A program made the position numbers and the translations under genes. The notes under the pieces were generated by a model. That model did no database searches, was not told the DNA's origin, and worked only from the letters and a program-made list of their open reading frames with translations. 37,465 nt of DNA from a virus (Duplodnaviria; Caudoviricetes), in the IMG/VR virus record IMGVR_UViG_3300031689_000017, positions 1-37,465 of that record; one strand, 5' to 3'. Below are positions 1 through 10,500 of this stretch, one piece after another (the first letter of the stretch is position 1; every line of letters begins with the position of its first letter).

Positions 1-44
1 CAGCGTCTTTGCCAGTTCCGGGGATTTTTACAGTGCCGTTGACA
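1..44. mobile_element. Terminal inverted repeat of a probable IS21-family insertion sequence (rest of the element outside the window)
   Basis: Reverse complement of 1-44 reads TGTCAACGGCACTGTAAAAATCCCCGG, resembling IS21-family ends. It joins directly to GC-AAG-ACG (the G-K-T of the Res Walker A motif), where the expected upstream TGSG codons are missing. Confidence 0.65.
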
Positions 45-2884
45 GCAAGACGCTGCTGCTTCACGTCAACATCCACCAGTATTTGCACTATTTCCAGAAC
101 GGCAAGACCAATGTCTGGCCCGACCGGATCATCCTGCTGACGCCGAACGAAGGCCTGTCGCGCCAGCATCTGGAGGAATTCCGACTTTCAGGCCTCAATG
201 CACACCTGTTCGACAAGAACCAGTCTGACAGCCTCTACAAGGGCTGGATCGACGTGATCGAGGTAACCAAGCTGGCCGAGGAGATGGGCGACAAGACCGT
301 CGCCACAGGGGCCTTCGAAGGCAACAACCTCGTCCTAGTCGACGAAGGCCACCGAGGCGCCGGTACGGCTGGCGGTGTGTGGATGGCCAGGCGCGCGGCG
401 CTGGTACGGGGCGGCTTCGCCTTCGAATACAGCGCCACGTTCAGCCAGTCGGTCGCCAAGGGCGCCACGGTCGAAAAGGCCGAGCAGGACATTCTGAATG
501 CCAAGGCCCGACGCCAGTTTGCAAGGACCTATCGGCAGCTCGACGAGAGCGAGAAGGCGCAGGTCGCGCTTACATCGGCCGACCATGCCCGCGCCCGGAT
601 CGAAGGCGTGCGCGAGGCTTATGCCAAGGCCGTGCTGATCGATTACAGCTACAAGTATTTCTACGCCGATGGCTATGGCAAGGAATCGCTGATCCTGAAC
701 CTGGACGATGCCGGGTACGACAAGCACGGTGCGCTCTATTTCACAGCCTGCCTGCTGAGCTTCTACCAACAGCTCTGGCTGTGGGACACGCACCGGGACC
801 GGATTGCCGAATTCAATATCGACAAGCCCCTGTGGGTATTCGTCGGCAATACCGTGTCGGGCGAAGACAGCGATGTCCTGGCTGTACTCGAGTTCCTGGC
901 CTCGTTCCTCAACGATGACGCGCAGGCGATCGAATGGATCGCGGACCTGATCGCGGACAAGGCCCGGCTGCTGGATCCCAAGGGCAACGACGTGTTCGCT
1001 GGGCGATTCTCGCCGCTCATGCAGCGCGATGCCGAAACGATCTATGCCGATATCCTTCGCCGCCTGTTCAATGCCGAAGCACGCCAGCGGCTCAAGCTGG
1101 TCAACCTCAAGGGCAGCAAGGGCGAGCTGGCGCTGCGCGTCGGCAACGCGCCCCACTTTGGCGTCATCAACATCGGCGACGATGCCGGGTTTTTCAAAAC
1201 CGCTGAAGAAGTTGAGACCTTCGACACGGAAACGGACGACTTCGGAAGCGGACTGTTCGGCACGATCAATCAGGAAGGCAGCAAGCTCAACGTCCTGATT
1301 GGGTCGCGCAAGTTCACCGAAGGCTGGTCCAGCTGGCGAGTTTCGACCATGGGCCTGCTGAACATGGGGCAAGGCGAAGGCTCACAGATCATCCAGCTGT
1401 TTGGGCGTGGCGTGCGCCTGAAGGGCAAGGGCATGTCACTCAAGCGCTCGCTTCCCCATGAACGGCCCAAGGGCGTCCATCTGGAGCGGCTGGAAACGCT
1501 CAATATCTTCGGCGTGCGCGCCAACTACATGGCAGCCTTCAAGGATTACCTGAAGGAAGAAGGGATCACGCCCAGCGACGAGATCATTGAGCTGGACTTC
1601 CCCACCAAATCCAACCTGCCTGCCGACAAGCGCCTCAAGACGCTCAAGCTGAAGGACGGCTACAAGGACAACCAGATCAAGGGCTTCAAGCGCACGCATT
1701 TCCCTTGGCTATATGAAGTGCCGGCGGATTTCGTCGGCAAGATCAAGCTGCCGCACGCCACGCTTGACCTCTATCCGAGGATAGAGGCGCTCAGCACGAA
1801 GGAAAACGGCACCGCCAAGGTGGCCCCCGATGCGCGTTACAAGGGTAAACTCGATCGTGCTGCCATGGCCATGTTCGACTGGGACGCTGTGTTTCTCGCA
1901 TTGCAGGAATACAAGCTGCTGAAGGCCTGGAGCAATCTGCGGCTGGATCGGCAGCGCCTGATCGACTTTTGCACTGGCAGCGACGCCTGGTACACGTTGT
2001 TCATTCCGCAAGCAGAGCTGGCCATTAACGGCTTTGCTGACGTCACCAAGCAGCAGGACATTCTGGTTCAGCTACTGACCGAATATACCGACCGCTTCTA
2101 TCAGGCGCTGAAAGCCGGGTATGAGGGGCAGTTCTACGACGTCGCCTACATCACCGACGATCACGGATCGATGCTCAAGCTCTATCAGTTCGAGATCGAT
2201 GCCACTGACGATGGCCGGGAATACGAGACCAAGCTCAAAGTTCTCAGGGATCTGGTTGCGGCTGGCAAGATCGGAGAAGCGAGCCAGTGGAATGCGCCAC
2301 ACATGGTCGCGATCAGCTTCGCCCGCCATCTATATTATCCGCTGATGGCCCCTGACGTGACCGGTAACTTGCCTCTGAAGATGCGTCCGCTGGCCTTCGA
2401 TTCCCCTAGCGAGGTTCAGTTCGTTCGCGATCTCGAGGCGTTCTACAATTCATCGGCCGCCAAAGAGCTGCTCGCTGGGCGGAGCCTGTATCTGCTGCGC
2501 AATGCAGACACGCAGGCGAAGGGCCTAGGCTTCGCAAGATCCGGCAATTTCTATCCCGACTTTTTGCTTTGGCTGGTCGATGACGCGTCGGGCCAGCAGT
2601 GGCTCAGCTTTGTTGATCCGAAGGGCATCCGGAACCTCGACCTCAACGACCCCAAGCTGGGGCTCTACTCCGAGATCAAGGAACGTCAGCAGGAGCTAGA
2701 CGATCCGGACCTGATCCTGAATGCCTTCATCCTCTCTTACACCCGGTACAGCGACCTTTTGAACGTCGGGACTGCTGGTTCAAAGGCCGATCTGGAAGCG
2801 CGCAATGTGCTTTTCATGGACGACGGATCCGAGAAGTATCTAAGTAAGATGTTGAAAAGCATCGGCGCTGTCTCAATGGCGTGA
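45..2884 (+). pseudogene. Type III restriction-modification Res subunit-like SF2 helicase/endonuclease; N-terminus cut off at Walker A, probably by IS insertion
   Basis: Motifs KTLLLHVN (Walker A remnant), LLTPNEGLSRQH (Ia), VLVDEGH (II), EYSATF (III), FTEGW (V), QLFGRGVRL (VI), and C-terminal PD-(D/E)xK FYPDFLLW...FVDPKG. Open frame to the stop at 2884. Family call is strong; disruption is inferred. Confidence 0.75.
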
Positions 2885-2895
2885 TTCCGAAGACT

Positions 2896-2927
2896 TGGAT
2901 GGCGGACGTTGATGTGTCCGCCATCCA
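2896..2927. terminator. 12-bp perfect hairpin between convergent res and the last phage gene; probable bidirectional terminator
   Basis: TGGATGGCGGAC-gttgatgt-GTCCGCCATCCA in the 47-bp gap between convergent stop codons; no strong U-tract. Confidence 0.6.
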
Positions 2928-2931
2928 CTCT

Positions 2932-3126
2932 TCACCCAATCCGTGCCTTGGCCGTCTTCCGAAACACCACGCTGCCGATACCGGTCAGCGCGAGTACGAC
3001 CGTAAGGACGTCGGCCTGCGTTAGCCCCTCGGGCAAGATGCCGAGCGCTGCGGCGACGCCCCACAGGCTGCCGATGACGCCGGTCCAGATGGCCTTGGAC
3101 GCCCACCAGGGTTTCAGTTCTTCCAT
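2932..3126 (-). CDS. Small two-TM membrane protein, putative holin (64 aa)
   Basis: MEELKPWWASKAIW..., two hydrophobic segments, basic C-tail FRKTAKARIG, GGAG RBS, directly downstream of the endolysin. Confidence 0.65.
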   Translation of the reverse strand: MEELKPWWASKAIWTGVIGSLWGVAAALGILPEGLTQADVLTVVLALTGIGSVVFRKTAKARIG

Positions 3127-3139
3127 GTCATTTCTCCAC

Positions 3140-3164
3140 AAAAAAGCCCGCGGGAATCGCGGGC
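3140..3164 (-). terminator. Rho-independent terminator between endolysin and putative holin
   Basis: Minus strand: GCCCGCG-attcc-CGCGGGC followed by TTTTTT. Confidence 0.75.
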
Positions 3165-3193
3165 GGACAGGTTGGTGATGTGTGTTGGGCCGA

Positions 3194-3730
3194 TCAGGCC
3201 TCGTTGGTGGACAGCACGCCGTTGGCCGCGAGGTTGACCGGTTTCGCGCTCGCAGGCGCCTTGCGGTAGGCCGGCCGGCGAATGGCGATGCAGCGGTCGT
3301 GGGCGATCCGAGTAATGGTCACGCCGTCGGACTGGTTGCCGCCGAGGACATGGAACGCGCCGTAGTCCTCGCCAACATAGAGCCCGACATGGCCGGATCC
3401 CTGCGCGCGGCGGAACACCAGGATGTCGCCCAGCTGGGACCGATCGGCGGCTTTCCCGAACTTGGCCCAGTTGCGCGCCCAGAGCGGGCCTTCCACGACC
3501 GGCTTGCCGGCGCGTTTCGCGACCACGGCCATGAACAGCCCGCACCAGGGAATGCTGTCGGCCGTGAAGGTCTTGGCCAGCCCGGTCTCCTTCGCCCAAC
3601 CCAGAATGACCGGGTTGTTCGCGGGGCCAGCGACCTCGAAGGTGCCATAGAGCTTGCGGGCCTCTTCCAGCATCCTGGGCAGCGGACGCAGGTCATCAAT
3701 CCAGCCATAGGCCGGTGGCAGCGGTTTCAT
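3194..3730 (-). CDS. Endolysin, TIGR02594/NlpC-P60 (CHAP-like) peptidoglycan peptidase (178 aa)
   Basis: PWCGLF catalytic Cys, GHVGLY His, VLGGNQSD motif; ATG at 3730 preceded by GGAG. Confidence 0.85.
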   Translation of the reverse strand: MKPLPPAYGWIDDLRPLPRMLEEARKLYGTFEVAGPANNPVILGWAKETGLAKTFTADSIPWCGLFMAVVAKRAGKPVVEGPLWARNWAKFGKAADRSQLGDILVFRRAQGSGHVGLYVGEDYGAFHVLGGNQSDGVTITRIAHDRCIAIRRPAYRKAPASAKPVNLAANGVLSTNEA

Positions 3731-3747
3731 GGATGTCTCCCGGGAAG

Positions 3748-3972
3748 TTAGCGGCCGGACAGGCCTTTGACGGCGGCGTAGAGGACGGCGAGCGCGGTCG
3801 CGAAGGTCGACAGCCACTTCACGAACCGGACCATGCCGGTCGCCGTGTTCCAGGCCTCGAGCAGATCCTTCAGTTCCTTGCGGACGGCCTTCAGGTCCTC
3901 CTGCATCGCCTCTAGATCAGCCCGGATCAGGGCAATCTCGACGGCGGAGTCTCGTTCGGGATTGTCCGCCAT
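3748..3972 (-). CDS. Coiled-coil protein with C-terminal TM, putative holin/lysis accessory (74 aa)
   Basis: MADNPERD... heptad-like helix followed by hydrophobic WLSTFATALAVLYAAV; TGATG coupling with the upstream gene; precedes the endolysin. Confidence 0.6.
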   Translation of the reverse strand: MADNPERDSAVEIALIRADLEAMQEDLKAVRKELKDLLEAWNTATGMVRFVKWLSTFATALAVLYAAVKGLSGR

Positions 3973-4553
3973 CAGCGCAGCCTCCCGACGATGGTGATAT
4001 CGCCCGGGGCCGCATCGAGGGCGTGCCCGGCCGGCAGATCGAAGTCCGTCTGCCTCTGCCGCACACCGGTCGCGTAATGAACGAACAGCGCATCCCGATC
4101 GAGGGTGAACGCCCCGGTCACCACCTCGAAGTGGTACTGCACGCCAGGCGTCCGCCGGAGCTTCTGCACCACACAGCACAGCGTGAAATCATCGTGGAAG
4201 CGCCGGGTGAATTGCCCGGCCGGAAGATAGCCGCCGCCGTTCTCGACATTGTGGAATCCGGGCGTCCAGCGCTGAGTAATGGGCCCCTTGGGACCTTCGA
4301 ACACGTAATCAGCCCAGCCATTTATGCAGACCGAGACATGCTCGCACAGAGTCCAGGCGACCCCTGCATCGTACATCTCGGCGATGGTGGGGTTGAGCCT
4401 GGGCGGCACGAACTCGAGCATCGGCCAGAGCCGCCACGAGTTGGCGGCCCGGCGGAAGGAGAACCCGTTCTTGAACACCCCGTAGTTGATGTCGAGGTCG
4501 TCGTTGATGGCGATCACCTCGTCGGTGACCGTGGGCCGGCGATCTGCCTGCAT
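3972..4553 (-). CDS. Hypothetical protein at the end of the tail module (193 aa)
   Basis: Likely start MQADRRP at 4553 with AAGGA RBS; the longer ORF-track N-terminus overlaps the upstream gene. Confidence 0.75.
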   Translation of the reverse strand: MQADRRPTVTDEVIAINDDLDINYGVFKNGFSFRRAANSWRLWPMLEFVPPRLNPTIAEMYDAGVAWTLCEHVSVCINGWADYVFEGPKGPITQRWTPGFHNVENGGGYLPAGQFTRRFHDDFTLCCVVQKLRRTPGVQYHFEVVTGAFTLDRDALFVHYATGVRQRQTDFDLPAGHALDAAPGDITIVGRLR

Positions 4554-4564
4554 CTCGGCTTTCC

Positions 4565-5473
4565 TTAGCTGACTGTGACCGACACGACTTCGCGCATCGT
4601 ATGCGTGCCTGACTGGCCGCCCGAGGTGCCGATTGCGGCACCGCCCTGGGTGGCAGAGAGGTTGAACGTGTCGGTCGCGGCGTTGATGACGAAGTAGGTG
4701 GTGTTGGCGAAGATCCCGGTCGGCAGCGCCCCGCTGGTTGCAAACTGCACCCGCTTGCCATTGGCGAGCCCGTGCCCCGCCGCGGTGACCGTCGTCGGGC
4801 TGGCGATGCTGATGGTGGCGGTGCGCGGGAGCATCGACGCAAACGGGTTGCCGCTCAGCGCGCCGAACGCCTGGTAGGACGTGATCGGGTTCTTGTAGCA
4901 ATAGCGCGTGCCGGAGCCGGTACCGGTGAAGCTGATCGCTGCGCCGCCCGGAGTGGCCGCGATCTTGAACGCGCTGGAACTCACCACCGACTGCACGAAG
5001 TAGGTGGTGAACGCTGTAATCACGGTGGGCATGCCGCCGGTGCAATAGAACTGGATCGGGTCGCCCACGGCCAGGCCATGCGAGGTCCAGTTGATGTTGT
5101 TGGTCGGTGACGGGCTGAAGGTGATCCCGGTCACATTGGTGAGCCAGGCGATCAATCCGGCCCCCAGAGTGAACTGAGTGCCGTTGATGCGCAGGCGCAG
5201 GGGCACCGGGGTCGCATTGAAGCCGTCGATGCCGATCAGTGTGGTCGAGGTGCCGGCATAGAGATCATAGCTGTGAACGACCGCGCGGATAGTTCGGCCC
5301 TGCCAGGTGGCAGGCGCGAAGTTCCCGCCGGACAGGTTGGAGAAGTAGCCGCCGTCTGCGCCGAACTGCTCGACCGCGCTGTATTTGTCTGCGAACTGGT
5401 AATAGCTGATCGGCAAGGCGATTTGCTGGCCGCCGCTACCAGCCCCCAGCAGGGTCATGAGGGCGCCGGCCAT
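4565..5473 (-). CDS. Putative tail fibre/receptor-binding protein with two internal HGL..G..TYFV repeats (302 aa)
   Basis: TGATG coupling at 5473; G/T/S/A-rich beta composition; two ~60-aa repeats. Confidence 0.7.
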   Translation of the reverse strand: MAGALMTLLGAGSGGQQIALPISYYQFADKYSAVEQFGADGGYFSNLSGGNFAPATWQGRTIRAVVHSYDLYAGTSTTLIGIDGFNATPVPLRLRINGTQFTLGAGLIAWLTNVTGITFSPSPTNNINWTSHGLAVGDPIQFYCTGGMPTVITAFTTYFVQSVVSSSAFKIAATPGGAAISFTGTGSGTRYCYKNPITSYQAFGALSGNPFASMLPRTATISIASPTTVTAAGHGLANGKRVQFATSGALPTGIFANTTYFVINAATDTFNLSATQGGAAIGTSGGQSGTHTMREVVSVTVS

Positions 5474-6573
5474 CAATTAAGACCCGCCCCGGTGATCACC
5501 CACGTCGTAGCGGAAACCTTGACCAGCGTCGCCAGTCCATAACCATCGATCGTTCGGCTGCCGGTATTGGCGGTGCCGGCCTGGCGCAGCGTATCGGTGG
5601 TGATCGAGATGGTCTGGGCCGCCGCGCTGTCATTGTAGATGACGACTGTCGCGCCGATCGGGAACGCGATCGAGGCATTCGCCGGGATGACGACACCACC
5701 GGTGGTGATGCTGATGTGCTTGCCATTGTCGGTCAGCGCCAGCGTGTAGGCCGAAGTCCTGCTGTTCTGGGGGACGCCCCGGAAACCGACGCTGCTGGTC
5801 GCGATCGTGCCGCTGTCACTGACCGTTGAGCCCGCATCGAGCGTACCGCCGTTGATCGCCGGGCTGGTCAGGGTCTTGCCCGTCAGCGTCTGCGTATCAG
5901 TGGTGCCGACCACCACGCCCGAGGGCGCGGCCTTTCCGGCCCAGGAGGTCAGGGTGGCATTGAAGGCCTGCACGTTCGTGCCAATGACTAGGCCGAGGTT
6001 GGTCCGCGCCGTGGCCGCATCCGTTGCGCCAGTCCCGCCATTGGCGATGCCGATGGTGCCGGTGAGCTTGGCAGCCGACAGCGAGGTCAGCCAGGCGGGA
6101 TCGGCGTAGCTGCCGGTCGTCAACACCGCGCTGGTAGATGCCGAAGGGGCGGACAGCCCGACGGTCCAGGATGCAATCGTGCCGCTGCCGCCGACCATGC
6201 CGACATTGACGACGATCGCGCCGGTGCCGCTGGTATAGGCCGTGATCTGGCCATGCATCCAGTTGGCGGGCGACGCCGTGCTGGTGATTGTCACCCACTG
6301 GCCAACCACGAAGGCCTTGCCGGTCTGGACGGTCAGAGATTTCGAGCCGGTACCGATGGCGAGGCTGGTCGTGCTGGTTGCGTTCGTGCCCGGCGCATTG
6401 ACGGCTGTTGATGCGCTGGCAGCCGCGCTTGCGGCATAACCGTTGGTCTCGGTGGCGAGCGCATTGGCCTCGGTCACGAAGGTCGGCAATGCACCCAGAA
6501 AGGATTCGGCGCGCACGTTGAAGTTCGCCGCGTCCGTCCGGGACGGCGGCGTCGGCAGAGCTGTAATTGGCAT
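5473..6573 (-). CDS. Putative tail fibre protein (366 aa)
   Basis: T/G/A/S-rich, with the fibre-typical motif IANGGTGATDAATARTNLGL; located after the tape measure module. Confidence 0.75.
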   Translation of the reverse strand: MPITALPTPPSRTDAANFNVRAESFLGALPTFVTEANALATETNGYAASAAASASTAVNAPGTNATSTTSLAIGTGSKSLTVQTGKAFVVGQWVTITSTASPANWMHGQITAYTSGTGAIVVNVGMVGGSGTIASWTVGLSAPSASTSAVLTTGSYADPAWLTSLSAAKLTGTIGIANGGTGATDAATARTNLGLVIGTNVQAFNATLTSWAGKAAPSGVVVGTTDTQTLTGKTLTSPAINGGTLDAGSTVSDSGTIATSSVGFRGVPQNSRTSAYTLALTDNGKHISITTGGVVIPANASIAFPIGATVVIYNDSAAAQTISITTDTLRQAGTANTGSRTIDGYGLATLVKVSATTWVITGAGLN

Positions 6574-6606
6574 GGGAGTTCCCTCGGGAGGTTTACGCCA
6601 GAAAGA

Positions 6607-7500
6607 TCAGGTGAGCCCTTCGATGGTGAGGCTGCAGTAGCTGACGGTCGGGTAGGCAAGGTCGATCGAGAACTCCTTGTAAAAGCCGTAAACAGTCAGG
6701 CTCTCGAAGGTCTCGGAGCCGATCCAGAGGACCGGCGTGGCGCGCAGCGCCGCAAGGTTGCGATGGATGTCGTCGACCGCGTCGGTCGGCATGACGACCC
6801 GGGCGGTCATGCGCTTGGCAAAGGCCCGCTCGACCACGGAGATGACGCCGAACTGGTCGGCTTCCTTGCGGCTGTAATCGATGATGCCAATGTCGGCGCC
6901 GTGCTCGGTGTCACCCAGTGACAGCTGACGTCCCAGCAGCAGCGACCCGCACGATACGATGTCGGCCGGATTATCGCGGGCGATGGTGACCGTGACGACA
7001 CCGTTCGCGTAGACCGGCACGTCGAGGAACAGCAGCGTCGAGCGGCGGCCAATCGGCTCGAAGAACCACGAGAACCAGTTGTCGATGGCGCTGCCGCCGA
7101 GGTTGAAGCTCTGCGTGCTGGTGTAGTTTGTCACCCCATCGACGGTGAGCGAGACGGTTGCGGTTTCGGCATCGGTGTCGATCAGCGCCACGGCATCGAC
7201 CGCACCCGGCGCCAGCACGGCCTGGAGTGACGCCGCCCGGGTGGTTGCCGTGCCGACGCGCGCATCGAACATCGCCCAGCGGTTGGTGGGACCGAGATCG
7301 AGCCACTTGGTCGGATCGGTGGCCGGATTGACCCCGGTCGAGGCCGCCAGCGCCTCGTAGCGCCGGTGGGTCGAGGCGAGGATCACCCGGTTGCCGGTCA
7401 CATAGGCCGTGCCGGCGCTCCAGGCGGGATGATCGTTTTCGGCGACCGTGCTGCTGGTCAGCATCGCATCGGTGATCGTAATCGGTCGGATCAGCTTCAT
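6607..7500 (-). CDS. Minor tail/tail-tip protein with CBM5/12-like AW..GTAY..G.RV insert (297 aa)
   Basis: ATGA overlap with the tape measure stop; AWSAGTAYVTGNRV motif. Confidence 0.7.
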   Translation of the reverse strand: MKLIRPITITDAMLTSSTVAENDHPAWSAGTAYVTGNRVILASTHRRYEALAASTGVNPATDPTKWLDLGPTNRWAMFDARVGTATTRAASLQAVLAPGAVDAVALIDTDAETATVSLTVDGVTNYTSTQSFNLGGSAIDNWFSWFFEPIGRRSTLLFLDVPVYANGVVTVTIARDNPADIVSCGSLLLGRQLSLGDTEHGADIGIIDYSRKEADQFGVISVVERAFAKRMTARVVMPTDAVDDIHRNLAALRATPVLWIGSETFESLTVYGFYKEFSIDLAYPTVSYCSLTIEGLT

Positions 7501-10500
7501 GCCGCCGTCCTTGTCGCCAGGGCATCACCGTCCGGGGTGACGCGTTCGAGGATACGCGCAGTCTTGCTGGTGCCCGAAGCGATCGTGGCTGAGGCAATGC
7601 GCTGATCTTCCCGCAGATCCGCCACTTCCTGCCGCAGGGCCTTGAGCTCATCGAGCAGCGCCGACTGGCCGTCGTTGGCTGGTATTGTTGCCGTGCCCAT
7701 CTGGTTGGCGGTGAACCGTTCCCACCAGCTCGGATCCGGATTTCCGGTCGCAGCCGGATCCGTGGCAGGGCTTCCGCCAGCGGCCTGATTGATGATCGCC
7801 AGCGCCTGTTCGAGGCTGGCCGCCGTCAGACCCTGCAGACGCGCTAGATCTTCGCCAGACCTGGCCGAATTGGCCGCGACCGAGAGCAGGGCCTGGCTGA
7901 GGCCCGGAAGGGCCCGGGCGGCCTCCTGATCACCACCGCGGGCCAGCATCGAGGCATTGTTGAACTCGGCCAGCGCCCTTGCGTAGCTCTGTGGTCCGGT
8001 ATCCATGACGCCGCGAATGCGCTTGATTTCGGCGATCAGGCCGTCGGTGATCTGGGCCCAGGCCGAGCGCAGTTTCTCCGCGGCATTGGCTGCAGCTTCG
8101 CCGGCCTTCTGCTGATCTTCGAGCGCCCAGATCTGCTGCTGCAGTGCCCGATTGCTGGCATCGAGCTGGGCCAGATCGAGCGCCCGCAACGCCGCCGTGT
8201 CACCCTGCAGTTCGAGCATCCGCCGCTGCAGTGACAAGCGCTCGTCGGCAATGGCGGCAGCACTGGCGGCATCCTGCGCCGCGCCGACCAGATCGGCAAA
8301 GGCCGGGGCCAACTGGATCAGCGCGACATAGGCCGCGCGTCCTGCCTCGGTGGTGAGGTCCTGCGCTTCGACCAGCGCCCGGAAACCCGCGATGCTGTCG
8401 GGCATGGCAAGCCCCAGACTGTCCAGGACCTTCGCCATCTGCGCGGTGCGCGCGGCTGCCTGCTCCGCGCCCGTGTAATAGAGCGCAAAATACTCGTCGG
8501 TTGCCGCCGCCATGTCGCTGACCGTGCCGAACAGTTCGACCAGATCCATGGATGCCACGATCGTCAGGTTGGTCGACCGGCCCAGCATTATCATGGCGCC
8601 GGTGACCGCCTCGACACTGGAGGCGACCCGGATCAGCGTCTCGAAATAACCTTCACCAACCTTCTGAAACTGGTCGAGTCCGGCAATGGCGTAGCGGGCC
8701 AGATTGTCGGCTGCCGCGCCGAACACGGCCGCCAGCTTCTCCTGGATCTGTGCGCCAGTCAGGCCCTTGAGGTCGATCTTGCCGATGTTGATCACGAAGC
8801 TGTCGAGCCGGGCCTGCACCTCGTCCAGCGACAGTCCCAGCGGTCCGGCAGCGGCCGAGATGGCATCGTAGAATCCGGTGAAGATCAGGCTGAACTGGCG
8901 CTCCAGTTCGCCGCTCGCCTCGGAATATTGCGTGCTGTAACGGGTGCTGGTCGTGATCCCGAGGAACTTCTTCTTTTTCTGGACGTCGGTGTAATACTGC
9001 CCCTGAAACCCGCCGGACATGATGCCGCCGAGCGACTGGGAGCCGCCATAGATGCCCTGGCCGACGATGCTGGTCTTGGTGCCGAACAGCGATCCGATCA
9101 GCTTGCCGACCGCGCCGACGATCCCGCCAAGCAGGCCGCCGATCACTGGGATCTTGTCGAGGAGTGAGCCCACGCCCTGAATGGCGCTACCGAGAATCCC
9201 GGTAACGCCGGTCGGCTTGAACCCGGTCTGGATGCCGGCAGCAGAGGCCTCGCCGCCATTGGTGCGGATGATGAGGTTAGTGAGCCCGCCGATGTTGGCC
9301 TCGATGCTGCGCAGCGATGCGAGCATGGCGGCGGAATAGCGCATGGTCAGCGTGTCGACCTCGCGCAGATGGTCGATGGCCCTGGCGATGCTCTCAGACT
9401 TGGCCGCGCTGTCGCCGAATGCGGTACCGGTGCCCTCATTGGCGGGAGCCGGTGCATTGCCGCCGCCGCCAAAGGCTCCGCCGATCGCAACGCCGAGCGA
9501 CGCAATGACCCCGGCAGTCACCGCGCCGGCGGCGATGTTGAGCGGAAATGGCAGCGAGCGGATCGCGTTCACCACGGCTTCCACCGCCTTGATGCCGGTG
9601 GTGATGATCGAGTTGCCCTGTTCGACACCGGCCCGCGCCGTATCGGAGGCGGCCATGGTGGTGTCCGAGGCAACCTTGGCCACCGTGACGCCGCCGATCA
9701 GCCCGATCTTCACCGCGGCATTCTTGATCGCGACGGCCAGCTCATAGGCGCGGAAGGCCTTCTCGGCGGCTTCCAGTGCCTGGAACCCCTTCGACCCCGC
9801 CTTAAAGAAGCCCTTCGCCGCAGTGGCGAGATTGCCATAATGGTGGATCTCGGCCGACGCTTGGGCCGTGCGCGCAGCAGCGTACTGGCACGAGGCACGG
9901 CCGTATTCGCGTTCGGCCTCGGCAATGCGCCGGGTGGCCGCCTCCTGGTCTGTGGCATAGCGCGCAAACTCGGCCGCAAGGGCCCCGATCGCGCCGCCAA
10001 CACTGCCGAAGGCTTCGGCCATGCCCTGCGCCGCAGTCTGGGTCTGGTCGGCCATTTCCTGCAGCGTATCGAGATACTGCTCCTGTTCCTTCAGGCCAAA
10101 ATCATGCTCGATCAGCTGGGTGCGTGCCGCACGATAGCGTTCCCAGGCCTCGACCCCGCGCTCCAGCACGATCTGCTCGCGCTCGGCCTCGAGATTGGCC
10201 AGCGCTTGGGCGCGGGCGGACTGGCCCAGCAGCGAAATCTGCAGTTCGAGCGGGGCGACGGTCTGGCGCAGGAATTCCGAGGTGGCGAAGGCGCGGGTCG
10301 ACTGTTCCCAGGCTGCGCCGGCTTCGAGGATCGCAATGCGGGCCGCATCGGTCGGGGCCTTCAAGGCCGCCATGGCGACTTCCATTCGCTTGATCTCGAT
10401 CGGGGTCTTGCCGATCTTGGCGGTTTCCAGCGCCAGATTAGCGGCAAACTCCCGGGCGGCCTGCAGGGCGCGCTCGGCTTCACTCTCCTCGCGGCTGCTG

